Origin: Geosiphon pyriformis uo1
Taxonomy: Eukaryota > Fungi > Glomeromycota
Length of the DNA stretch: 64,000 nucleotides
Direction of reading: 5' to 3'
Assembly: GCA_016748015.1 (NCBI GenBank)
Contig: JAAOMT010000283.1
Coordinates: 314,108-378,107, forward strand
The notes beneath the pieces are model-generated. The model searched no databases. It was given only the letters and a program-made list of their open reading frames with translations, and was not told the DNA's origin. The translations under genes and the position numbers were made by a program. Of the stretch, positions 33,064 through 45,159 are shown in pieces. The stretch's first letter is position 1; every line of letters begins with the position of its first letter.

Positions 33064-35871
33064 ATATGTTGGTTATTGGTCTTGTGGAAGGCTCATCAAT
33101 CTTTCTGCCAATTGCTTTAAAAAAGTGTTTGGCAATTACACTAACAGATGATCCACTGTCTAGGATCAGATCAATGAAGTAACCAACCACTTGGGCTTTA
33201 CAAATCAGAGAAGTGACATTGCTGTATTCTGCAAGTTCAACATGGTGAGAGTGTTTGTTGGTCTTTGGTGTTTTCTTCTTTGGTATCAATGATTTGTGAA
33301 GATCTTTTCTGAACTGTGGATGAGTCATCAGTTGGCCAAATGTAATGTGTGCAGGGATTTCCATGAGATCTTTAACAACAGAATAGGGTTCAGATTTTTG
33401 TACAATTTATGGAGGTTCCAACTTTGGGGGATTTTTAAAAACTTTAGCCTTTGGTGGCTCATTGTTATCAGCAGTTGATGTAGATGCTTTGTTTGGGTCC
33501 AAGACGAAATCAACCTTGGCTTTCTTCTTCTTTCTGATTGATTCAGAGGTGTTGATTGCTAGTTCATCCATATCATGATCATTATCTGTTAGGTTAAAAG
33601 CATAAAAGGGGTTTTTTTTTGGTTGGCTTGCACTTTCACCCTTTGGAAGTACACCTACCAGTTTAAAAGCTGATAAACAGTGGCTTGAACTAAGGGATTC
33701 TTTCCAAAAAAATTGATGTTGGTATGATTGGGTCTTTGATTGGGAACATTATTATTGTTGGGTCTGTTATTCTGGGTGTCATTATTTCTAAAAGCTGGAG
33801 GAGACAATAGAGGATTGTTGTCTTTGATATGGTGGTTGCTGGAGTTAATTAAAATGGGGTTCAAATCTGGGTCTTTGGGGTTGTTGATTCTCTCTGACAG
33901 CTTGGGCTAAGAGTTCCAGTAACTGGGCAAGATTAGCTGTGAGTCTATCTATTAACTGTTCATTTGGGTCTTGAGTTTGGGCAGCAAAAGAGACAGCAGC
34001 CATTTGTGGAGCTGGAGCCATGGCAGGAGCAAAAGCAAAAACTGGAAGTGTGGATTCCAAATGCATCCTTTGGTTATTTTTAATTCTTTGTGCCAGTTCA
34101 ATAGCCATGTCCATTGTTGGGTTGTCTTTTAAAGCCAAGAGAGACCAAAGAGCATATAATAAATCAGTTCTTAATTCTTTTGTAAAGGAATGGATCTTTT
34201 GCTCTTCTGTCCAGTTTCTTCCAGAGTCTACATATTTGATTAGCTTTCTGATAGCTTTGGCATATTCAGTTACTACTTCTCCAGGGCCTTGGGTTTTTCT
34301 TTCCAATTCCATGTGCCATTTGAATATTAATATTGGAGTTCTGAACTTGGTCTCAAACTGGGTAGTGAAAGAGATATTTTCTTTTCCAGCATTGGTTGGT
34401 GTCCATCTGATTATTCGGTGTTGAGCATTGGTATCTGTTTCTTGTGAGAACCAGGTAGCAGGAGAGCCTTGGAGATAGCCACCAATGATTTGGAACTTGT
34501 ATTCTTCATCATACTGGTTGGTTGTGACAGCTCTCTCAAAATCATCCAACCATTCAATTAGATCTTGTGTATTACCTCTAAATAGTGGTAGTGGGGTATT
34601 GTTTTTTCTTCTTAGAGCAGTTTGTATATCTTGGAGGGCGGCCAGAATGTTTACTTGCATGAGATCATTAGCCATTGGTTCAGAGATAACTGTTTGTGTA
34701 GATGAGTCTGATTCACTTGATAAAAGATCAAAAACAGGGGCAGTTTGGTAGCTTTCTTCTTCTGTTTCAAAGAGAGTTTCAGTTGCTTGATGGGCAGCAA
34801 TTTAAATGTGGATTTGATGATTCAGATATTCGGAATCAGGAGGCTGTTGTTCAAAAGTTGTGGAGTATAAAAGTTGATTGATGCTGTTGTTTTTTTCTTC
34901 AAAGTTGTCTTCAAAATAAGCTTGGTCAAAGTAATAGATTGTATAAGCTGTATAGGTTTCAGCTGAATGCTCATTCAGGAACCAGTTCCAAAAGTCTTGG
35001 AATTGTCTGCTGGATTGTTCTTCAATGGGGAAGCAAATCAAGCAGAAGGGCAAAGAATTGAGTTCAATAAAGTCTAGATCGTTTTTGTTGTGTGCTTTAA
35101 AGTGTTCTTCTGATTGTTGTGGCTGGTATGAATAATCACCCATATAATAGGAAACAAAGTGGAATTTGACAACCTCACAGGGAGCACCACTTTTATGTTA
35201 CAGATTGGAGTAACAAGCTAATGAATAGCAAAGGAGAACAGGATTGTAGGGTAATGGAAATAATCAAAGAGAATTCAACTTCAAAGAGCGAATTAAATAA
35301 GTATGAATTCAATGTGTGAGATTAGTCTCATAAAATATCTCAGTTGCTATTCTTTTCAAAAGATAACTGGGGAATCTGAAAGTAGAGAGATAGTCTGTAC
35401 TGTCAACAAATGATCACACTTGGTATAATTCTATGCCTTACATCAGCACTCTTAGAATTCAATATCAAGTATCAAATGTGCTCTTCAGTCACATTTTATT
35501 CAATAATCTTCAAATACTACACTTATACATTTCAGGAAAAGGGTAAGAATTAACCAACAAGTAATCTTTTATCCCAAAATGTTCAGATACTTAAAAGTAG
35601 GAAAAGGGAAATTAGTGATAAGAGAATAATTGAGATGAAAGTTGTTATTTTATTTATTCTTGATTATTTTGAACATGCTTTTCTACAGCTAAGAGATTCA
35701 TTGCTTATATAGTTGTCAAAAGTGGTCAATGATCAGGTCAACAACTAGATCAATGATCAGGTCAATGGTCAGGTCAATGATCACTTTCTAAAAATAGAGT
35801 GGCTAATTTATATGATATTAGTGACTAATACATGTGATAATTAAAAAGAAGTATAAGTTTCAACCATAACA
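33064..35871 (-). mobile_element. LTR-A partial copy A4 (5' LTR 35196-35871, PBS, gag 33655-35143, start of PR)
   Basis: ORFs 34802..35143, 33845..34675 (gag), 33655..33864 and 33038..33364 (LILDSGSSVS). Confidence 0.92.
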
Positions 35872-36208
35872 GTACTAGTCTTTGAACTTGCACTTTTTTC
35901 TTTGCTACAATTTGGGTGAACTAAAGATACATTTTGGCAAACTACAAGTTATTTTACTGAACTATTTGATTATTTTGGCCAATTTCTATTAATTTCAGTG
36001 AATTTTGACTATGATAAATGGTTTAGGGTATTATGTAATTTGATCATCTTAATTTCTAGAGTACAAATCAGATTATTGATTGAGCAATAATATTTGATAA
36101 TTTGATTAACTAATAAGTGATAATCAAAATAATAATAATATATACTAATTAATAATAGGAATTATAAGAGTAATTTCATGCTAATTAATAGCTAAATTCT
36201 ACTGGTAA

Positions 36209-38618
36209 AAAACTCTTTCTCTCCTAATTTTCATGACCACGAATAGAGCTAAAAGTAAAAAAGTTGCAAACGTTACTTTTCCTATAGTAACTAATAAAGT
36301 TTCAACATGAGAGGGTCTCTCTGTTATTGAAGCAGCTAGACAAAACGTTCTGACAACATTTCCTTTAAAAAATAATAGTAATAAGCTGCCTTTAGCAGCT
36401 TCTGGTTCATTTTCTTCTTCTTTGGCTGTAAGTTCTTTTCCAGTCAAAGTCCCTTCAAAAAGGCACACTTGGGTTAGTCCTAGTGTTGTCTCTACTACTT
36501 CAAAGAGCCCAAAGATTTTTAATAACAGACCAGTCAACAAGTTGGTCTTTCCTGCTCTCACCACTGCCACTACTACTTTTACTACTACTGCTTCACAAAT
36601 GGCCGCAAAAGCAAAAAATCCCAAAAAACAACAGCAGGCAGTCACAACTGCTATGGTCACACCGAACCCCTTTGTGGTTCCAGATGAGATCTTCAGTAAG
36701 ATTTCCACAGTAGCAGCCAGCCCTATTCCTGATATGAATGGCAAGTTGGGCCAAGATTACCCATTGGCTGTGTTGCCTGATGTGGTACTCTCCAGCAGAT
36801 CATTGCCAATCCCAGTAGCAAAACAGTCCATCAATCCAGATAATCTCAAAGATTGGGCTGATCAGATAGAAATGGAATCAACTGTTCCCCCCCCAGTTTC
36901 TGGTGCATCTGATGCTGGTGCTTGGGAGAATGTGAATGGGCGTCAAAGGTTTTCTGGTTGGGTGGCCTCTAATCTTGTACCTGGTGCTACATTTAAGATT
37001 AAGATGGCTTTGCTCAGTTCTTTGTTTCAGTTGCTGCCTGGTTGTATTGGGCTTAAATCTGTTTCATGAGATGCTGTCAAGTTGTTCTGTATGAAATTTG
37101 CATCTCAGGAGTGTCTAAATAGTGCCACCAAAGTGGCCATCAGTGATGAGGTTTTTTTGACCACTCTTAAGATTGCACGGTCTTCAGGAGTGGCCTCTGT
37201 TTCTTCCCCTTCTTTGTCAGTTGCATTGTGCGATGTACCCTTGGGTGCCTCTTCTGATGACATCAAATCTGCTCTTGGCATTTTTGGTGTTGTCACTTCT
37301 GTTAAGTTGAAGCCTGCTGGCTTATGGCAATATGCTGTAGTTAACTTTAAGAACATTTTTTCTGCTGCTGCTGCTCTCTCTAACTGGTCTGTGTTGGTTA
37401 GAAAAGATAGTGTTAGGATTTTTCCCATTGCCAACCAAAAGGAGGTTATCTCCTCAAGAGACGCTTTCAAAGCTAAGCTGGTTAATCTTTCATTTGGCTG
37501 CACTGCATTTGAGATAAGTGATCTGGTCTCCCAAGTTGGTGGCCGTATGTGCTTCATTCCCCGCTCCCCTGATTCCTATCAACGTCAACACTTTGCAGTG
37601 GTAACTTTTGGCTCCTTGGAATTTTTGAATGCTGCTGTTTCAAAAACCAGTACCTTACGTGGCTGCCGCATCTGGTGGAAAACTCCTGGATGTTATCACT
37701 GCTATAGATGTCAAAGTTTAGATCATTTGGCTGTGGACTGCAAGGTGTTGCCACCTCTTCCTCCCAAACTCTCTTCTAATTCTGCTGGTGGTCCCATCTT
37801 TTTCAAGTTGTTGTCCCTCATTGGAGCTAAATCCTATGCCAAAGCTGCCACTTCTGTGGTTTCTCCTGTTGCTGCTGCTGCTGATACAGGTCTGGCTTTT
37901 AGTACCTCCCCCAAAGTTGTGGTGCCGCTGTTGCTGGTTGCCTTCTCTGGTTCAGATGTTGCTGTTAATGCTAGATTGGCTTCTCTGGAAACCCAACTTA
38001 GTGAACTGTCTTTGTTGATCAAATCTATAGTTGAGTCTGTGGGTTCTTTAGTTGCATTGGTTACTACGTTATTGTCTACTTCACCAGTTATGGCTGAGGC
38101 AATGAAGGAAAGTGTGATTGGATTGGGAAACCAAATTAAAACTGTTCATGTTGTGGCTTCAGTACTACAAAAGGAAGTGGGGGCCCTCAAGTTAAGGAGT
38201 GGGAAGGTACACTATAACATATCTGATGATGAAAACATAGATGATGATGATGATAATGATGATGATGGTGATGCTAAAGATTTTTCAGTCTATGATGATA
38301 CATTTGATGTGATGATGGAGTTATGGGAGATTCAATCCTCTAATATCAAGTCCGATCCAGATCAGACTGCTAAGTGGATGAGCAGTCTTGTTAAGAGTAG
38401 TCATGAACTTGTATGTATTATGGGTAAGATGTATGAATTAGATATGTTTAATACATTAGGTAGCAAAGGTAGTACTAGCATGTAGTTAGGGCTTTCCACT
38501 TGTGGTTAGCTGCATCTTGTAATATGTATTATTGGGTGAACTGGCTTTATAAAACTGCCACATTACTGTGGAATAACTAATAAATAACTGGCATGGCTAC
38601 ACATTAACAAAAAAAAAA
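36209..38618 (+). mobile_element. ORF1-only element H9
   Basis: TSD tctactggtaa (36198-36208 / 38619-38629); poly(A). Confidence 0.95.
36233..38485 (+). pseudogene. Full-length ORF1 frame of H9 (751 codons, two internal TGA from CGA)
   Basis: ATG at 36233 is in frame with 36422..37069 and 37082..38485; ends …MFNTLGSKGSTSM-stop, which defines the family C-terminus. Confidence 0.85.
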
Positions 38619-38631
38619 TCTACTGGTAACA

Positions 38632-39065
38632 CTGGTTTATTTCTTTCTTGATGAATTCATTATTATGACAGTTGGACTGATAAGGCTTTAAGTGAATAAG
38701 ACAAGTTTTTCTGGTGGTAATAGTATATTGTATCACATGAGTGCATTCAGAGGCATCACCTTCTTTGGATATAACTGGGCTATTTTTAGCCAATAGGTTT
38801 TTAATGTCCACTTTTTTTTCTTCAGAGAAGGGTTTTTTTTGTTTTATAATTAATCATTGAATCTCAGGTAGTTCATTCTCAAAAGACTTTTGGACTTTTT
38901 TTATTTTTTCACAAGGTATCAAGCTGATTGGTTCCCAATCTTTGTAATAGATCAGACAGGACATGCATTCATCACTAGGAGAGTACAATGGTTTATTGTA
39001 CCAGCACCAGGCACAAGGACCATGCCATCAATAACTGTATTTTGCTTTCTTGCCAGATTTTTCAT
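38632..39065 (-). pseudogene. pol: LTR-A pol fragment A5 (PR-RT spacer)
   Basis: DIKNLLAKNSPVISKEGD…HLKPYQSN and the Cys-rich segment. Confidence 0.85.
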
Positions 39066-39667
39066 TGTTATGGGTTGGAGTAACAAGCTAACAGATAGCA
39101 AGGGAGAACAAAATTGTAAGGTGATGGAAATAATCAAAGGGAATTCAATTTCAAAGAGCAAATTGAATAAATATGGATTCAATGTGTGAGATCAGTCTCA
39201 TAAAATATCTTAGTCACTATTCTTTTCAAAAGGTAACTGGGAAATCTGAAGGTAAAGGGATAGTCCATACTGTCAACAAATAATCACACTTGGTATAATT
39301 CTATGCCTCACATCGCCACTCTTAGAATTCAATATCAAGTATCAGATGTGCTCTTCAGTCACGTTTTATTTAATAATCTCCAAATGTTGCAATTACACAT
39401 TTTCAGAAAAAGTGTAAGGAATAACCAACAAGTAATCTTTTATTTTTAAAATGTTCAGATACTTGAAAGTAAAGAAAGAGAAATTAGTGATAAGAGAAGA
39501 ATTAAGATGAAAGTTGTTATTTTATTTATTTGATTTTCTTGATTTCTTCATGTTTTTCTACAGTTAAGAGATTTATCACTTATATAGCTATCAAAAGTGG
39601 TCAATGATCACTTTCTAAAAATAGAGTGGCTAATTTATATGACATCAGTGGCTAATACATGTGATAA

Positions 39668-40324
39668 TTAATAAGAAGTATAAGTTTCAATTATAACATC
39701 ATCCTCTCCAAAGAGATTGAGCTCCAGCAAAATCAAGCTATTTATGGTGTAATCTATTGAAAGGGTTTTATCTAACTCAAAGCTAGCTAGTTTGTTGAAG
39801 TCTTTTGTGAATAAAGTATATAACACTTGAGATGAAATGAGTTTTGTATCCAAGAGACCAAATCTTTGTATTAGAGTTTTGGCTCTTCTAGCAATAGTTA
39901 AAACTTTTGGAACATCTAACCATATAATGCCCAAAATTTCTGCCTGTATCTCTGAAGTTGTTTTCTTCATGAGTTTCATATCCTCTATAATTTTACCAAG
40001 ACAACCATAGAGTTCTAATTGCCTTCCATATGACAAGTTTTTGTCTATAGTTAAGATTTCTTGAAGTGTTTTTCCAATTGTGCTGGAAGGTAGGAGTATA
40101 GCTACTATTATACTTTCCAACAGATATTTATCCATTTTGCTACCAATTTTTTCTCTTCTGGTAGTAGTTTTCTTTGGTTTAATAACAGTATGTGTTCCAC
40201 TGTTATCAGTTATAGTGGTTTGTTTTCCAATGGTCAGAGTAGTATTTGGATAGTTTTTGATCCAATACTCATAAAGAATATAAAAGGTGTTTTGAATGTT
40301 TTGATCCAGAAAATAATTGTTCAT
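39668..40324 (-). CDS. LTR-A ORF3 of A6, 218 aa, intact
   Basis: Same length as and collinear with 31760-32416. Confidence 0.68.
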   Translation of the reverse strand: MNNYFLDQNIQNTFYILYEYWIKNYPNTTLTIGKQTTITDNSGTHTVIKPKKTTTRREKIGSKMDKYLLESIIVAILLPSSTIGKTLQEILTIDKNLSYGRQLELYGCLGKIIEDMKLMKKTTSEIQAEILGIIWLDVPKVLTIARRAKTLIQRFGLLDTKLISSQVLYTLFTKDFNKLASFELDKTLSIDYTINSLILLELNLFGEDDVIIETYTSY

Positions 40325-42739
40325 GTTGATTGAAGATACCTCTGTTTTGGGAATGGTGCATTTATTTATACTTGATTTTTGCTGATCATTTGAGTCAGTA
40401 TTACCACAACAGGCAGCCAATCAGGTCGTTTATGGTATTTCTTGAGTTATGTACCATGAACAGGACGATCATTGAAGATTGTTCCAGATTGATTTTGAAG
40501 AATATAAGAACCATTATTCAAAACTTTGTTGACTATAAAAAGTTCTTTCCATTGGCTAGAAAATTTATCACCATAGACATTGTCTCTGTCTGAACAATAT
40601 TCCAATATCAAATCACCAACACTTAAAAAAAGTGTTTTATAAATTTTCTTTTTCTTAAGTTTTTCTTGGAACTGTTTTATCTTTTTAAAAGAAATTATTC
40701 ATGCTTCTATCAAGGAGTCAAGAATAGTACCAAGTCTTCTTTGCAAAATGTCTTTGTAATTCCCTATTGTGATCTCTTCAAAGAGTATTGTTTTAATATC
40801 AGTTTCTATTGGTAGTGTTGCTATGCATCCATAGAGCAGATAAAAAAGTTCATAACTTGTTATGTCATGATTCACAGTTTTATAAGCAAACAAAGCTGAA
40901 GTCAGTACTTTGTCCCATAAATTTGTTTCTTCACTGGTTTTGGCTAGGGTTTCACACAGTGTTCTATTGAAACATTCTATTAAGCCATTTGTTTAGGGGT
41001 GATAAGGGGAGGAAAGTTTATAATGTATTCCCATTTTTCTACAAAGTTCTTCAACCAGTGTACTGATAAAAGTTCTTTGGAGCAGCCATAATGGCAGATG
41101 AAATCTTCATAAATGAAATTGGCTATTGAGACTGCTGTTTGGTCTGGGGTGGCTCTTGCTTTTACCCACTTTGTAAGATAGTCAGTAGCTGTGATAATAT
41201 ATCTGTTGCCATCAGGAGTGATTGTTAAAAGTCCAACAACATCTATACCAATTCTGTCAAATGGTTGACCAACAGAGATTGGATGGATATTTTCTTTGTG
41301 ATTGGGTTTGCCTTTTCTTTGGCAGATGTCACAGGTTTTGATGTATTCAGCAATGTTTTTTCCCAAGATAGACCAATAATAGTGAGCTAAAGTTTTCTGA
41401 ATTGTCTTTGTTTTTCCAAAGTGTCCAGCTAAGGGGTCAGTGTACATGTTGTATATTACAATTTCTCTTTCTTCAAATCTGATGACTCTCTGGAGATGGT
41501 CAGAATTTTTTCTGTTTCTTTTGTATAATTGGTTTTGGTGGATCAAATAAAAATTTGATTGTTTGCGCAAATGTTCTTTTTGCTATCGAGTGTATTCAGG
41601 TGGGTATTGTCCTTTACCCAAAAATTTCATTAAGGCAGAGTAGTTGTCCAAGTCCATTATTGTGTTTGTTTATGAAGGAGTTACTAATAATTAAGTTGGT
41701 TTGGTTTGAGAGGTTGTACTGTTACTGGATGGTAAGTCTAGATAGAGCATCAGCATTTTGATGATTTGCTTCCTTGTAGTGTTGAATATCATAGTCGAAT
41801 TCATCCAAGTGGAGTATCCAGCAAGTTATTCTTTTGTGTTCCAGCTTCTTTTTCTTGCACAGCCAAACCAAGGTTTGATGATCTGTTATCACTAAGAATT
41901 TTGCACCAAGAAGATATTGATCCCAGTAGTTAGTAGCCAAAACTACTGCTAGACATTTTTGTTCAGTAACTGAATAGTTCTTTTCTGCTGGTGTGAGGGA
42001 TTTACTGGCATATGCTATGGCATGTTCTCTGCCATTTTCATCTTTCTGTGAAAGGACAGCACCAAGTCTATAACCAGATGCATCAGTGTGGAGGATAAAA
42101 GGTTGGTCCAGATCAGGTTGTTTGAGAATTGGTTCAGTAACAAGTTTTTTCTTCAAAAATTCAAAAGCTTTTTGTTGATAAGTGCCCCAGTGATAATTGA
42201 CATTTTTTTTGAGTAGTTGATTGCAATTTTGGAGAAATTCTTGATAAATTTGCAATAGTAAGAGGCCAATGTTTTGAACTTTTTCAACTTTAGCTGGGTC
42301 AGGAAAAATTCTATCTTTTGTAACAAGATGACCAAAAAATTGGGTGGATTGGCATCCAAAGAAAGATTTGATTGGGTTAATCTTAAGGCTAGCATTTCTG
42401 AGCAGGTCAAAAACCTTCTGTAAATGTTCAAGATGTTCATTCCAAATTTTTGAATATACTATTATGTCATCCAATTAAACCAGAACAAAGTTTTTTTTTA
42501 CTGATTCAAACACTTTATCCATTAGGCATTGAAAGATGGGAGGAGCATTGGTAAGACCAAAAGGCATGACTGTGAATTCATAAGTGCCATACTTGGTGAT
42601 AAAGGCAGTTTTCTTTCTGCTTTCTGGATCTATTTCTACTTGCCAGAATCCAGCAGTTAAATCAATGGTTAAGAAGAAAGCAGCACCATTGAATTTATCT
42701 AGCATTGCATTAATTTTGGGGAGTGGATACATGTCTCTT

Positions 42740-43095
42740 TTTTTTTTTTTTTTGTTAACGTGTAGTCACGCCGGTTGTTTATTAGTTATTTTACAGTAAT
42801 GTGGCAGTTTCATAAAGCCAGTTCACCCAATAATACATATTACAAGATGTGGCTAACCACAAGCAGAAAGCCCTAATTACACACTAGTACTACTTTTGCT
42901 ACTTAATGTATTAAACATATCTAATTCATACATCTTACCCATAATGCATACAAGTTCATGACTACTCTTAACAAAACTGCTCATCCACTTAACAGTCTGA
43001 TCTGGATTGGACTTGATATTAGAGGATTGAACCTCCCATAACTCTATTATTGCATCAAATGTATCATCATAGACTGAAAAATCTTTAGCATCACT

Positions 43096-43130
<35 letters not shown>

Positions 43131-45159
43131 TGTCTTCATTATCAGATATGTTATAGTGTACCTTCCCACTCCTCAACTTGAAGGCCCCCACTTCCTTTTG
43201 CAGTACTGAAGCCACAGCATGAACAGCTTTAATTTGGTTTCCCAATCCAATCATACTTTCCCTTATTGCCTCTGCCATAACTGGTGGAGTAGACAATAAC
43301 ATAGTAACCAATGCAACTAAAAAACCCACAGGCTCAATTATAGATTTGATCAACAAAGACAGTTCACTAAGTTGGGTTTCCAGAGAAGCCAATCTAGCAT
43401 TAACAGCAACATCTGAACCAGAGGAGGCAACCAGCAACAGCAGCACCACAACTTTGGGGGAAATACTGAAAGCCAGACCTGTATCAGCAGCAGCAGCAAC
43501 AGGAGGAACCACAGAAGTGGCAGCTTTGGCATAGGATTTAGCTCCAATGAGGGATAACTTGAAAATAATGGGACCACCAGCATAATTAGAAGAGAGTTTG
43601 GGAGAGAAAGGTGGCAACACCTTGCAGTCCACAGCCAAATAATCTAAACTTTAACATCTATAGCAGCGACAACATCCAGAAGTTTCCCACCAGATGCGGC
43701 AGCCACGTAAGGTACTGGTTTTTGAAACAGCAGCATTCAAAGATTCCAAAGAGCCAAAGGTCATCACTGCAAAGCGTTAACATTGATAGGAATCAGGGGA
43801 GCAGGGAATGAAACATGTACAGCCACCAACTTGAGAGACCAGATCACTTATTTCAAATGCAGTGCAGCCAAATGGAAAGCATCTCTTGAGGAGATAACCT
43901 CCTTTTGGTTGGCAATGGGAAAAATCCTAACACTATCTTTTCTGACCAACACAGACCAGTTAGAGAGAGCAGCAGCAGCAGAAAAAATGTCCTTAAAGTT
44001 AACCACAGCATATTGCCATAAGCCAGCAGGCTTCAACTTAACAGAAGTGACAACACCAAAAATGCCAAGAGCAGATTTGATGTTATCAGAAGAGGCACCC
44101 AAGGGTACATCATGCAGTACAACTGACAAAAAAGGGGAAGAAACAGAGGCCACTTCTGAAGACCATGCAATCTTAAGAGTGGTCAAAAAAACCTCATCAC
44201 CAATGGCCACTTTGGTAGCACCATTTAGACACTCCTGAGATGCAAATTCTACACAGAACAACTTGACAGCATCTTATGAAACAGATTTAAGCCCAATACA
44301 ACCAGACAGCAACTGAAACAAAGAACTGAGCAAAGCCATCTTGATCTTAAACGTAGCACCAGGTACAAGATTGGAGGCCACCCAATCAGAGAACCTTTGA
44401 CGTCCACTCACATTCACCCAAGCACCAGCATCAGATGCACCAGAAACTGGGGGGGAAACAGTTGATTCCATTTCCATCTGATCAACCCAATCTTTAAGAT
44501 CATCTGAATTGATGGACTGTTTTGCTACTGGGATTGGTGATGATCTGCCAGAGAGTACCACATCAGGCAACACGGCCAGTGATTGATCTTGGCCCATCTT
44601 GGAAGATGTGCTGCTGCTGTTGCCATCCATATCAGGAATAGGGCTGGCTGCTGCTGTGGAGATCTTACCAAAGATCTCATCTGGAACCACAAAGGGGTTT
44701 GGTGTGACCATAGCAGTTGTGACTGTCTGCTGCTGTTTTTTGGGATTTTTTGCTTTTGCAGCCATTTGTGAAGCAGTAGTAGTAAAAGTAGTAGTGGGAG
44801 TAGTGAGAGCAGAAAAGACCAACTTGTTGACTGGTCTGTTATTAAAAATCTTTGGGCTCTTTGAAGTGGTAGAGACAACACTAGGACTAACCTGAGTGTG
44901 CTTTTTTGAAGGGACTTTGACTGGAAAAGAACTTTCAGCCAAAGGAGAAAAAAATGAACCAGAAGCTGCCTTTAGCAGCTTATTACTATTATTTTTAAAG
45001 AAAATGTTGCCAGAACGTTTTGTCTAGCTGCTTCAATAACAGAGAGACCCTCTCGCATTGAAACTTTATTAGTTACTATAGGAAAAGTAACATTTGCAAC
45101 TTTTTTACTCTTAGCTCTATTCATGGTCATGAAATTTAGGAGAGAAAGAGTTTTTTTTT
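42740..45159 (-). mobile_element. ORF1-only element H10 in pol of A6
   Basis: Perfect 17-bp TSD gtggatacatgtctctt (42723-42739 / 45160-45176). Confidence 0.96.

Larger units (their letters stand above)
35872..38631 (-). repeat. LTR-B fragment, split near its TG end by H9 (35872-36208 and 38619-38631)
   Basis: Reverse complement of 3455-3794; ends …ctactggtaaca. Confidence 0.6.

Noticed and set aside
35173-35189. tRNA gene (…GGGAGCACCA)
   Set aside because: Only the 17-nt 3'-end complement next to an LTR, i.e. a PBS; no cloverleaf.
43096-43128. (CAT)n/(AAT)n microsatellites as independent repeats
   Set aside because: They are the poly-Asp coding tract of ORF1 and its decayed forms.
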